Of a DNA stretch of 64,000 nt, positions 39,650 to 52,760 are shown in pieces. The notes below the pieces were generated by a model that saw only the letters and a list, made by a program, of their open reading frames with translations, did not search any database and was not told the origin of the DNA. Positions within the stretch are counted from its first letter, which is position 1, and each line of letters begins with the position of its first letter. The position numbers were made by a program, and so were the translations under genes. Source of the DNA: Mobula hypostoma (lineage: Eukaryota); the NCBI RefSeq assembly GCF_963921235.1, contig NC_086108.1:22568001-22632000 (forward strand), given 5' to 3'.

Positions 39650-42600
39650 AAAGGTGTAGCAAACATAGTCAAGCTGGAAGAAAATTCAGTCGAATGCTTC
39701 TCCCGTGAGATTGAGATTTCAAAGTACCTATCAGTTGCCCTGATGACTACATCTGCAGCACATTCACCCAACCTGAGCTCCCAATTGACAAGATTAAGGA
39801 ACTGGATCTGGATGTATCCAGGACCACATGGGAAGCTGAAATCCTCCACAGGTGAGGCTTCTAATGGGGAGGCCACACCCGTAGTGCAGACTTCAGATGG
39901 TAGATGGGTGAAGTAAGGCAGGGTTCCCCTGTGGCCATTCCTCTCAGCAGCAAGTACCCTTTGGGTATTGCTGGGGGTGGAATGCCCATCAGGGCAGGGC
40001 AGCAGCCAGGTCAGTGGCACTGTGACTGGCTCTGAGGCTTACTGGGGAAGGGTAAAGTCAGGTAGAGTGATAGTGATGGCAGATTCGAAAGTTTGGGGTG
40101 GGGGCCTGCAAGAGGTTCTGTGGCCTCAAAAGAGAGACCAAGATGGCGTGTTGCCTCCCAAGTGCCAGGCTCAAGGATGTCTTAGAGCAGCTGCAGAACA
40201 TTCCCCAGGGGAAGGGTGAGCAGCTGGAAGCCATGGTGCCCATTGGCTCCAATGACCTAGGTAGAAACAAGGAAGAGGAGTATAAGGAGTTGGAGAAGAG
40301 ACTGAAGAGCAGGATCTCCAAGATAGTAATCTCTGGATTACTCCCAGTGCTGAGTGCTGGTCAGGAATAGCATGATGGTACAGATGATTGAGTGGCTAAG
40401 AAACTGGTGGAAGGGGCAGGGTTTCAGATTTAGAAACATAGAAAACCTACAGCACAATACAGGCCCTTTGGCCCACAAAGCTGTGCCGAACATGTCCTTA
40501 TCTTAGAACTACCTAGGCTTACCCATAGCCCTCTATTTTTCTAAGCTCCATGTATCCATCCAGAAGTCTCTTAAAAGACCCTATTGTTTCCACATTTCTC
40601 GATCATTGGGATCTCTTCTGGAGAAGGTATGCCTTGTACAAAAAGGACAGGTTACGCCTGAACCAAGGGGGACTAATATCCTTTTGGGCAGTTTTGCTAG
40701 AGCTGTAGGGAAGGGTTTAAACTAATTTGGTAGGGCGATGGGAACCAGAGTGATAGGGCTGAGCTTCCAGTGCACTTTGGAAGGTGTGGGATGGATACAT
40801 CCCAGAGATGAAATGTCCTAAAGGGAGGATGAGGCAACCGTGGCTGATGAGGGAAGTCAAAGCCAGCATATAAACAAAGGAGAGGGCATATAATATAGCA
40901 AAATTTAGTTGTGCTAAAAGATTGGGAAGATTTTAAAAAAAAAGCAGGCAACTGAACAAGCCATACATAGAGCAAAGATGAAACATGAAGATAAGCTAGT
41001 CAGTAATATAAAAGAGGATACCAAAAGTTTTTTTTCCCAGATACATTAAAAGAAAAGCAATAGTGGATATTAGACCACTGGAAAATGAAACTGGAGAGTT
41101 AGTAATGGGGAACAAAGAAATGGGGGACAAACTTAATAAATATTTTGCATCAATTTTCACTGTGGAAGACACTAGCAGTTTGCCAGAAAATTGAGAGGGG
41201 GCAGAAGTTGCTATTACAAAAGGAAAAGTTGCCTGAGAAGCTGAAAGGTCTGAAGGTAGATGGGTCACCTGGAGTAGATTGACTGCACCCTGGGTACTGA
41301 AAGAGATAACTGAAGAGATTGTGGAGGTATTAATAATGACCTTTCTAGAATCAATGGATTCTGGAATGGTTCCAAAGGATTGGAAAATTGCTAATGTCAC
41401 TCCACTCTTTAAGAAGAAAGGGAGGCAAAAGAAATGAAGTTACAGGACAGTTAGCTTGACTTCAGTGGTTGGGAAGATGTTGGAGTCTATTACTAAGGAT
41501 GAGATTTTGGGATACTTGGAGGCACATGATAAAATAGGTCAAAGTCAGCATGGTTTCTCTGAGGGGAATTCATCCCTGACAACCTCCCTGACAAATCTGT
41601 TGACATGCAGGATAGACAAAGGAGAGTCAGTGGATGTTGTTTACTTGGATTTTCAGAAGGCCTTTGACAAGGAGCCGGACGTGAGGCTGCTTAACAAGAT
41701 AAAAGCTCATGGTATTACAGAAGAGATACCAGCATCAATAGAAGATTGGCTGACTGGCAAGAGGCAAAGAGTGGGAATAAAGGGGGCTTTTCTGATTGGC
41801 TGCTGGTGACTAGTGGTGTTCTGCAGGATACAATCTTGGGACCGGTTCTTTTCATATGAAATGTCCATGATTTAGATGATGAATTGATGGCTTTGTGGCT
41901 AAGTTTACGGATGATAATGAAGATAGGTGCAAGGGCAGGGAGACTGCAGAAGGACTTAGACAGATTGGGACAATGGGCAAAGTGGCAGATGGAGCATAGT
42001 TTAAGGAAGCGTATGGTCATGCACATTGGTAGAAGGAATAAAGGCGTAGACTAATTTCTAAATGGGGAGAAAATTCAAAAATCAGAAGTGCAATGGGATT
42101 TGGGAGTCCTTGTGCAGGTTGAGTCAGTGGCGTATGTAATAGAAAAACATAGAAACATAGAAAACCTACAGCACAATACAGGCCCTTCGGCCCACAAAGC
42201 TGTGTCGAACATGTTCTTACCTTAGAAATTACTTTGGGTTACCCATAGCCCTCTATTTTTCTGAGCTCCATGTAGCTGTCCAGGTGTCACTTAAAATACC
42301 CTATCATATTCGCCTCCACCACTGTCGCCGGCAGCCCATTCCACTCACCACTCTGCGTTTTTAAAAGAAAAACGACTTACCCCTGATATCTCCTCTGTAC
42401 CTACTTCCAAGCACCTTAAAACTGTGCCCTCTCATGCTAGCCATTCCAGCACTGGGGAAAAGGCCTCTGAGTATCCATATGATCAATGCCTCTCTCCATT
42501 TTATCAGGTCACTTCTAATCCTCTGTTGCTCCAAGGAAAAAAAGGCCGAGTTCATTCAACCTATTCTCATCAGGCATGTTCCCCAATCCAGGCAACATCT

Positions 42601-43760
42601 TTGTAAATCTCCTCTGCACCCTTTCTATGATTTCCACATCCTTCTTATAGTGAGGTGACCAGAACTGAGCACAGTACTCCAAGTGGGGTCTGACCAGGGT
42701 CCTATATAGCTGCAACATTACCTCTCGGCTCCTAAACTCAGACCCACGATTGATGTAGGCCAATGCACCATATACTTTCTTAACCATAGAGTCAACCTGC
42801 GCAGCAGCTTTGAGTATTCTATGGACTCAGACCCCAAGATCCCTCTGATCCTTCACACTGCCAAGAGTCTTACCATTAATACTATATTTTGCCATCATAT
42901 TTGACCTACCAAAATGAACTACCTCACACTTATTTGGGTTGAACGCCATCTGCCACTTCTCAGCCCAGTTTTGCATCCTGTCAATGTCCCGCTGTAACCT
43001 CTGACAGCCATCCACACTATCCACAATACCCCTAACCTTTGTATCATCAGCAAACTTACTAACCCTTCCCTCCACTTCTTCATTCAGGTCAGTTATAAAA
43101 ATCACAAAGGACTAGAATATATGAGCAAGGATGTAATGCTGTAGCTTTATAAAGCATTTGTCAGTCTGTATTGGAATATTGTAAACAGATTTGGGCTTTT
43201 AATATCAGAAAAGGTGTGCAGGCATTGCATGGACTCCAGAGGAGGTTCATGAGAATGATCCTGGGAATGAAAGTGTTAGCTTATGAAGAGTGCTTGATGA
43301 CTCTGGGCCAGTACTTGCTGGAGTTTAGAAGAATGAGCGGGATCTCATTGAAACCTATTGAATATTGAAAGACCTAGACAGAGCGGATGTGGAGAGGATT
43401 TTTCCTGTAGTGGGTGAGTCTAGGACCATAGTCATAGTCATACTTTATTGATCCTGGGGGAAATTGGAAATTGACCAGAGGGCATATCCACAGAACAGAG
43501 GGACTTTTAATTAAACAGAGATGAGGAATTTCATTAGCCAGAGTGGTGAATATATGGAATTCATTGCCACAGACGGCTGTGGTGGTCAAATCACAGAATA
43601 TACTTAAAGCCAAGGTTGATAGGTTCCTCATCAATCAGGGCCTTAAAGGTTACAGGGAGAAAGCATGGGGTTGAGAGGGATAATAAACTGGCTACGATGG
43701 AATGGTGGAGGAGGCTCGATGAGCTGAATGGCCTATTTCTGCTCCTTTGTCTTATGGTTG
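39650..43760 (+). mobile_element. Decayed, internally deleted CR1 with ORF1 (SGNH esterase-like) and ORF2; nested insertions at ~40430-40593, 42135-43105 and ~43429-43471
   Basis: IVMADS, CCLPSARLKDV and IGSND (ORF1 esterase); SQHGF and YLDFQKAFDK (RT); 3' UTR ends tgtcttatgg near 43758. Confidence 0.8.
42135..43105 (-). mobile_element. CR1 3' fragment nested antisense in a CR1
   Basis: FADDTKV, WAEKWQMAFN, RPHLEYCAQFWSP; (tagaaaca)n tail. Confidence 0.9.
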
Positions 43761-46384
43761 TAATAAGTAACAGGAAAAATTAGTGGAGGAATGTGATTGC
43801 TCCCTGAGCCAGTGTACATTTAATGGGCCGAATTGCCAGTTACCACTGCTAAAAGGTTGGTACAAACTTTCCTAGGCAAACTATAGAAGGGGGAAAAAAA
43901 CACGGGTGCCATGTCAAGGGGTTGGTGGAGAGAGTGACCTCTGATAGTTGTGGTTTCAGCTGTGGGTAAAGGCAGGTGGAGTGGAGTGAGACTGGGGCCT
44001 CGCATAGGCCATTGGGGGCTAAGGGGTTTTCTTGTATTGTCCCACAGATTTCTTTATTTTTAATTTTAAGCAAGACGCTTCAGGGCATGATATTGTGATA
44101 GGAGCAAGATACTTAATTACAAAGTAAAGATGATATGTGCTCAGATTTGCAAAGACAAGTACGTGGAACTGGAGAGTGAGATGTTTCCATCGCCAAACAT
44201 CTTAATGTCATGAATAAGCAGCAGGATTGAAAACTGCGAGAAGGTGATTGGATGTAGACGTAAAATTTCTATTTCCATCCCACTGGGTCATCAAGAACAT
44301 AGTTTGTGAAGTGCAACTGGTGAAGATTGATAAACACATTGATTTCCAAGGCAGAACTGAGCAGTTTCATGGAGTTGGGGAATCGTGCTTTTTCACAAAC
44401 CTGGAATAGTGCTGAACAGCTAGTGAAATGAGTGCGGATGCCACTGTTGAAATTAAGTCAAATACATTGAGTGATTTGGGCACAGTAAGCTGCCATACAT
44501 AGCAGTATGATGAGCTTGAAGTGAACTGTTGGTTAGTGAAAATACCCTTAATATTAGTGTCAATAATTAATGTCTACCTAACAGCATTATGCTCCCTCCA
44601 TAATGCTCTCAGTTGAAAACTCAAGATTATGCGTCAACTTTTAAATACTTCTAATTTTGGATAACTAACTGTGCAGGACCAAAAAACGGGGTAGAGTCTG
44701 CAGCCGATGCACCTGCTGGTCCGAAACGACCATGTAGGGTACGCTTGAGCTTGAATCAAGTATTGCTTTGCTATTCAAGTGAGCATAGTTATAAATTATA
44801 CCCATGTACAGGACTTGCCTATTCATCTAGAGTAGTATGAGGAGATCTTTTGGGGAAAGATGAATTGTTTTGCTTACTTTAAGAGGTTAACTCCTTTTAA
44901 GTCATTAATAAGCGAAATAGAAAAATCTGGAACTTTTCAATAGGCCTGACAACTTCATTAGAGGGAGAAAAATGAGAGTAGTTTTAGGCAAATAAACATT
45001 TTTTACTTTTCAAAATCTAAAAAAAAAATCAGTCACTCCTTGATATTCCTTATTTCAGGCAATGCAAGGCGAATAAATCTTTTTTAAAATCCAATTCTTT
45101 GAATCTGACTCAATCCAGTGAACCTGCACCTCACTCATTCTAAACCAGTATAATTTTTCTGAGCTGAGCCCAGAACTGTGCATAAACTCCATGGGGTGAT
45201 GGAACTAGATCTTTGCATGGTTAGAACAAACTTCCTCCACTTTCCATTCTAGCCTCCGAATTATATAAAATATATTTCATTTGCTGTTTAATTAGATTTT
45301 GGATCTAACTACAACTTTTAAGTGATCGGCATTCATGAAACCCCCTGTCACTCTTTACAATTCTAGAATTCCAGAATTCCTGGTGTATGATCATATCAAA
45401 AGATGTTGACAAATGCCTTTAGTTTGAGAAGGGATATCTTCACGTTTAATGATATTGTGAATTGTGGCAATTTTTCCATTCAATTTATTAACAAAATTGT
45501 AGAATTTTATACTTGTTTAATTTTACAACTATATTTTATGCTTCCTCTTGCACTATGCAACTAAATTTTCATTATTTACTTATTGATTACACCACATAAG
45601 GAGACCATTCATACTTGAAGCAGTGTCACAGCTACATTGTAGCAAATACAATGTTCACAGGATAAACATGAACAGATGGCTTCAAGAGTGAAATTACTGA
45701 CAGGAAGTTGGGTATATAGCCCTGTTATCTAAAGTAATGCAAATACTTAAGGTTATAGCACAGATCTCTACAGGATAACATGAATCTTTTTCTGGTTCTA
45801 CTTTCTACAGCTTGAATTTCTTCCACAGTACATTAATTTAGATATTTTTGATGTGATCTAGCAGATATAAATTCTTGCTAGCTCACTATAATCAGCTCAA
45901 ACTTCTCATAATTACTGAGGTATACCAATCTTAACTGTAAGTTCTAATTATTTCCCTTATTACAGATATTTAAATTGTTGGTTACAGCAGGAATTAAAAA
46001 AACAAGCTCTATAACTTGATTTTTCTCTCTCGCTTTTCTTAAGTAATTTTCCACTCTTATGGCCCGCTTTGTAAATTGAGTGTACTTTGGCAGATGAGGA
46101 CTAATGCATGTTTAATTTCCTCTAAAATCTTGAGACAGATACCATTCAGTCAAATTTTTTCTTGCGTCAACCTTTGAGTGTCCCTTTGTTGACCCTGAGC
46201 CAGCCCTCCAGCCTCCCATTAATCCATGACAATTTGAACTGCGCTAACCTTTGTGGCCTCTTTGGTCCATTTCACTGGCAGCCTCACTGCGGTCAACAAC
46301 CTGCATTCTGGGGTCTTGATAGAGGGAGCTGATTGGGTGTTCTGGGGAATAGCAGAAGGAGAGGATGGGAAATAGTTGAGAGGA

Positions 46385-48610
46385 GGGTAGGATTGGCAGC
46401 TCAATATTCCAGGTACAGATGGTGCAATGGTGCAAATAAGGAAGGAGGTGGGGGGGGGGGTTGTTGTCTTGAGGAAAGATGACATAACAGATGATCTTTA
46501 TAGAGGGTGTTCTTGGGAGTCATCCATTAAAGCCATATGGGAAAAAGAAGTGGGGTGGCCACTCTGATTGGATTGTATTATACGCATCCTAGAAGGACCA
46601 AATGTGCAAAGTGATTACAGCTGGTTGTAAACGTAACAGGGTAGTATTAGTCGGCAGATTCTAATTCTCCTAATATTGACTGGGTCATTTATACTGCGAA
46701 AATCTTGGAGTGAAATTTGAGAAATACGTCCAAGGAAACTTTCTTGATCAGTATATAGAGAAACTTACTAGAGACAATGCAACATTAGGTCTTCTCCAGC
46801 GGGATTGGATAGGGCAAGTGGTGAAAGTGCTTTGGGCGAGCACTTGGATCCAGTGACCATGATTCTTTTAGTTTTAAAATCATTATGGAGAGGGACATGG
46901 TTGATTCACAGTTTAGGATCCTGAACTGGGGAAGAACAAATTTTAGAGCCCATTGGCATTGTCTAGCAGAGATTGATTGTTTGCAGGGAAAGGAGTGCCT
47001 GGCAGGAGAGAGGCCTTTTAAAAGTGTGATGTCCAGGGATCACAGCCTGCATGTTCCTTTTAGGGTGGCTAGGGAGAGAATAGCTTCTTTTAAAGATCAT
47101 CATGGCCATCTGTGTGTGGGTGAGATTTTTAATGAACATTTCTCTTCAATTTTTACCTCAGATAAAATGACAGAAGTCAAGGACATTATGGGAATGAGTG
47201 TTGTTGTCTTGGAATACATACAATTAGCGGTGAGGAGGTACTAGAGGCCTTAAAGTATATCAAAGGTGGATAAATCCCCAGGGCCTGACTTTATAGAAAG
47301 CTAGAGAAGAAATTACAGAGGCGCTTGCAGATATTTGCTTCATCATTGGTGACAGGTGTGATTCAGGAGGACTGGATGTTGTACCATTATTTTAAAAAGA
47401 GCAGCAAAGCAAGTCAGAAAACTACAGGCCCATGAGTCTAACATCAGTGGTGTGTAAATTGCTGGAGGGGATTATGAGAGACCGGATCTACCAACATTTG
47501 GAGAGACAGGATCTGGTTTGGGCCAATCACCATTGCTTTGTGTGTGGAAAGTTGTATCTGATAAACCTCTTGGAGTTCTTTGAGGAGGTACCCAAGAGGA
47601 TGAATGAGGTTAGGGCAGTGGATGTTGTCTATATGGAGTTTAACAAGGCCTTTGATGTTCCCTTATGACAAACTAGTCTGGAAGGATAGAACGTAGAAAA
47701 TCTACAGCACATTAAAGGCCCTTCTGACCACAATATTGTGCAGACCATGTAACCTACTCTAGAAGCTGCCTAGAATTACTCTACCGCGTAGCCCGCTATT
47801 TTACTAAGCATGTACCTATCAAAGAGTCTCTTGAAAGACCCTACGGTATCTGCCTCTACCTCCTTTGCTGGCAGTGCATTCCACGTGCCCAGCGCTCTCT
47901 GTATGAAAAAACTTACCTCTAACATCCCTCTTGTGCCTACTTCCAAGCACAAAACTATGCCCTCTCGTGTTAGCCATTTCAGCCCTGGGGAAAAGGCCTC
48001 TGGCTATCCACACAATCAATGCCTCTCATCATCTTATACGCCTAAAGATCGCGGATTAGATTCATAATGTGCTCGGTGGTAGGAAACAATGGCTGATGGT
48101 TATAGTTTGTTCCTCAGACTGGAGGCCTGTGTTTAGTGGTGTTTCACAGGTGTTGGTGTAGGACCTTTTTATTTGTAATTAATGTGAATGTACAAGATAG
48201 TATGCTTGGAGATGATACAAAAATAGGTGGTGTAGATTGTGTATAATGTTATGAACAGGGGGAGGGGTGCTATTGATCATCTAGGAGTGAGAGCTGAGAG
48301 TTACCAGATAGCTTTCAATCCAGATAACTCTGAGGTATTTCATTTTGGGAGATTAAAGCACGGTTGGACTGATTGAGTGAATGGTAGGGTCCTGGGACAG
48401 GAGGAACAGCTGAAAGTGGCATCACAGGTAGATAGGGTAGTAAAGGCATTTGGCATGCTGGCCTTCATCAAGCTGGGCTTTGAGCATAAAATTTGGGAAG
48501 TGTTAAATCTGGAGATCATGTTGCCGAGATTGAGGAACATATCTATTTTATTAGATGTGTAGGAAAGTGAGTGGTCATGCACTTTGGTAGAAGGAATAAA
48601 GGCACAGACT
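46385..48610 (+). mobile_element. Decayed CR1 ORF2 pieces with an antisense CR1 3' end nested at ~47690-48040
   Basis: SDH endonuclease end near 46853, SLTSVVCKLLE, VDVVYMEFNKAFD. Confidence 0.75.
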
Positions 48611-48642
48611 ACAGTGCTGTGCAAAAGTCTGAGGCACATATA

Positions 48643-50233
48643 CAACGCCTATAAAAAGTATTCACCCCCCCCCGGAAATATTCATGTTTTATTATTTTAC
48701 AACTTTGTATGAGTGGAATTATTTTGAGTGTTTTTGACACTGATCAGCAGAAAAAGGCTCTTTCATGCCAAAGTGAAAAGAGATCTCTGCAAAGTGATCT
48801 AACTACAAATATAAAATTGTAGTTGTAAAACAATAAATTACAAATATAAAACACAAAATACTTGATTGTATAAGTATTCACTCCCTTTAACATGACACAC
48901 CAAATCATCACTGGTGTGGCCAATTACTTCTAGAAGTCACATAATTAGTTAAATGGAGATCTGTTTTTGGAGACCTGTGTGCAGCAAGGTGATTCAATTG
49001 ATTGTAGTAAAAATACACCTGTATCTGGAAGGTCCAACTGCTGGTGAGTCAGTATTCTGGCAGAAACTACACCATGAAGACAAAAGAAGACTCTGAACAA
49101 CAGGTTATTGAAAAGCACAAGTCAGGAGATAGATGCAAACAAATTTCCAAGTCACTGAATATCCCTTGGTTAATCATCAAGAAATGGAAAAAATATGGCA
49201 CACCTGTAAATCGGCCTAGAGCAGACCATCCTCAAAAACTGAACGACTGTGTAAGAAGGGGTCCAGTGAGGAAGGTCATCAAGAGACCCAAGACAACTCT
49301 GGAGGAGTTACAAGCTTCAGTAGCTGAGATGGGAGAGACTGCGCATACACACCTGTTGCCCGGGTGCTTCACCAGTCACAGCTTTATGGGAGAGTGGCAG
49401 AGAAAAGACGCTGTTGAAAAGAGAACTCAATGAAATCTTGGCAAGAGTTTGCCAGAAGCCATGTGGGAGACTCTAAAGTCAGCTGGAAGAAGGTTCTATG
49501 GTTTGATGAAACAAAAATCGAGCTTTTTGGCCATCAGACTAAATCCTATGTTTGGTGTAAGCCAAACACTGCACATCATCAAAAACATGACATCCTTACC
49601 ATGAGCATGATGCTGGCTAGATCATGCTATGGGGTTGCTTTACTGCAAAAGGCTCTGGAAGGCTTGTGAAGGTAGAGGGTAAAATTAATGCTGCAAATAC
49701 AGGGAACTTCTGGAGGAAAATCTGATGCAGTACGTGTTTTGGGAGAAGATTTGTTTTCCAGCAAGACAATGACCCCAAGCATAAAGCCAAAGCTACACAG
49801 GAATGGCTTAAAAACAAAGTTGATGTTCTGGAGTGGCAAAATCAGAGTCCAAATCGCAATCCAATTAAGCATCTGGCTGGACTTGAAAAGGGTTGTTCAC
49901 TCACGATCCCCATGCAATCTGACGGAGCTTGAGCAGTTTTGTAAAGAAGAATGTGGAAAAATTGTTGTGTCCAGATGTGCAAAGCTGATAGAGACCTATC
50001 CACACAGTATTAAAGCTGTAATTGCTGCCAAAGGTACATCTACTAAATACTGATTTGAAGGGGGTGAAAACTTGTGCAATCAATTATTTTAGGTCACTTT
50101 ATAGAGATCTGTTTTCACTTTGACACGAAGGAATCTTTTTCTGTTGATCAGTGTGTTTTTAAAAAAAAAAGCCAAATTAAATAAAAAACATGAAAACTAT
50201 TGGGGGGGGGTGTTATACTTTTTATAGGCACTG
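48643..50233 (+). mobile_element. Tc1-like DNA transposon with long IR/DR-type TIRs
   Basis: TA TSDs; termini caacgcctataaaaagtattcacccc / ggggtgttatactttttataggcactg; ~180-250 bp inverted ends with an inner aagtattcac repeat. Confidence 0.95.
49074..50053 (+). pseudogene. Tc1 transposase, frameshifted
   Basis: [30 protein letters not shown], and NPIKHL (catalytic E replaced by K), AKGTSTKY end; spread over several frames. Confidence 0.92.
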
Positions 50234-51224
50234 TACATAGCTAGGCTGCCTAAGACTTTTGCACAGTGTGTATTTTTCAATGTGGGACGGGGAGCGAGTT
50301 TGTAAATCTGACAGAGCGAAGGATGTTGGAATGGCAAGGGTGTGGAACAAGTGGCAGAGAAGAAGTGTCAGGGTGGGAGGGGTGGGGATAACTGAATGCA
50401 GCCCCGAGACACTATGCAAGGTCATTTGGTTCCAAAGAATTGGTTTATTAATTATTTTAGAATGTCTTGTACTTCCTGCTCCCTCCCCTCTCCCTTCCCT
50501 TTTCTCAGATGTGATTCCCCACTCCCAAGCGTCTCTGATGTCCCTTTAAGCAAGGTAGTCAGGAGTATGGGGTTGAGGGGGCAAATAAGTCAGCTGTGAT
50601 TGAATATCGGGGCGAACAAAATGTCAGAGTTATGGGCTGAATTGCCTAATTCTGCACCTGTGTCTTATGGTCCTGTGTTCATCATGGTACTTGTCAGTCT
50701 AGTCCTTTAAGCAAGTCGAGATAAGAAGTAACAGAGGACCTTGAGCACGTATTGTAAACGGATCTGAACTGGTTTAGGTAAGAGACCTGTGAACAGGTAC
50801 TGACTGAGTCACATTTCAGCCTTGCAGACAAAGAAACAGTACAAGTATAGAAATGAATATACAAGTTACGAAATGTTCACACGCGAGCAGGTAATTATCC
50901 AAACATATCAGCTAGCATAAAGTAAATTAAAACTACAAGGGAAAACTATCGAAACAATAATCTGGACATGTATCTAGCAGTCCTTCCTTTGATTCTAAAT
51001 ACAAAATTTTTAATCAGTACATCATAAAAATCAGAGGTCAAAAATGTGTGGTACCAGTGTCAAGTTAAAGTCTAATTCTGTCCAGTGGGTTAATGACTTT
51101 GCAGAGCATCTTCTGGCTGGCTGGTGATAAATTCACTGGAGCCCAGCAGCATAGACAGTAAGTGAGATGTTACTAGCACATTAGCTGTAGTGATTGCTGT
51201 CTCCGGCTTCACTTCCTGGTGTCA

Positions 51225-51838
51225 CTCACACTAGCTGGTGTGTATCTACTTCCTTTTTCCTTCAACCTTTACTGCTGAGTGATCAACAGTAGGGTCCTTC
51301 CCACCAAATGCTCTGTGGCTCCTTATGTGATTTCTCGAACAGAACCCACTCTGCAGGAATCAAGCTGTTGTCCCATCTCCTGGATTGCAACAGAAGCCTG
51401 TATAGAAACAGACTGAACAGTTTGGGTTAGATTCACACAAATGTCAACTGTGCTGCCTGTCATAATGTGTATATCAGCCTTCTGAGGTCAACAGCTCTGG
51501 GTAATGATATAGATTGTCCTGTCACCATCTCAAAAGGGTTTGACCTGGTCTTGTAGTTTGGGGTTGCTCTGATGCACAGCGAGATCGTATAACCTCCTCA
51601 CAGTACCTTGTCAGTCTTTTGTTTTGAGTGTTCTACTCATTCATTCCACCTGTTCTGATAACTGGGCAATGTGGGCAGAGGAAAGACCATTCAATGTTCA
51701 TTAGTCAAATATCTGCAGTGAAGTGTGTCCCTTGGTCAGAGACAATGCAACACGGCAATCCCTATCTAGGGATGTAGTCCTTGATCAGAATTTTGTTCTA
51801 TGTGTGGCAGTGGCTTTCCTTGCTTGAACAGCCTCCAC
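51225..51838 (-). pseudogene. Retroviral integrase core and C-terminus, decayed
   Basis: Manual translation across frameshifts: VEAVQARKATATH, KILIKDYIPR*GLPCCIVSDQGTHFTAD, QVE*MSRTLKTK, NPFEMVTG, WWEGPY, AVKVEGKRK*IH. Confidence 0.85.
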
Positions 51839-51959
51839 ACTGCCAAGAATCTTAGCATTAATATTATATTCTGTCTTCAAATTGGATCTACCGAAATGAA
51901 CCACTTCATACTTATCTGGGTTGAACTCCATCTGCCACTTATTCATTCCAATTTGATGT

Positions 51960-52760
51960 TGTTAACCTGATCTTCTGGCAACATTTGACTTCAGATCATC
52001 CATAAAGGTTGACTTCAGTGGACCATTGAGTGGTGCTTCAATGCTATCTTTATTGACATTTGGAACTCCTGAGTGGTTCAACCATATTGTTCTAAAGTCT
52101 TTCAAACATTCAGGGATGTCCTCAGAATTCCTCTGCTTGCAGCTGACACCCTTCCCCAGTCTGTTGGTGTTGGGGTTTGTTAATGTAACCATATCTTACT
52201 GGCATTCCAACTACCTGGTAGATTTTGCTTATCCTCTCCTATGTCAATATTAACTTTACACATCAACTGTCTGACTTGATGATATAACATAGTGGCCACA
52301 TTTGGGTGCCATCATATGGATGCCAGTCATAGGTATTCTTCATATGCAGAAATTTCGACCAGGGTTTGAGGATTTTTAGGATATGGAACCTCTTTAGGCC
52401 ACGTATCAAACTTCTCAGGTTCAGCAGATTTGTGAGAAAACACTTGTATTTGATAGGATCTGTCTTCATGCTTGTGCAATCTCACTTGCTTTGTCGTTAA
52501 TGGAGTCTGCTAGTCCTGTTTTTTCATCATTGTCATCATCACTTGAACCAATAGAGGTGTCTGTTATATCCATTTCATGTCCATTCTACAATACTCTAAA
52601 TTCGGGCAGAGGCGCTGTTTTGGATTATTGTCTGATGTAGGGTGTGTATCATAATGGGGAGGATCAGTGACCAGACTGCCCTCTGAGGACCTTGCTGTGC
52701 TTCTCCACACTCTGTATCTGAGCTTTGATGTTATCACCCTTCTGTTTGTGCTTTCTCACT
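51960..52760 (-). pseudogene. Retroviral gag remnant
   Basis: CKQRNSEDIPECLKDFRTIWLNHSG resembles a capsid major homology region; DPPHY near 52650-52666 may be a PPxY late domain; position upstream of IN fits. Confidence 0.5.

Larger units (their letters stand above)
48612..50270. mobile_element. ~66 bp Tc1-type mini-MITE (48612-48640 + 50236-50270) split by the Tc1 insertion
   Basis: TA|cagtgctgtgcaaaagtctgaggca ... tgcctaagacttttgcacagtgtg|TA; flanks rejoin to CR1 ggcacagacTAtttt. Confidence 0.8.

Noticed and set aside
44743..44784. Possible miRNA hairpin
   Set aside because: The stem is short and bulged, and I recognise no known miRNA in it.
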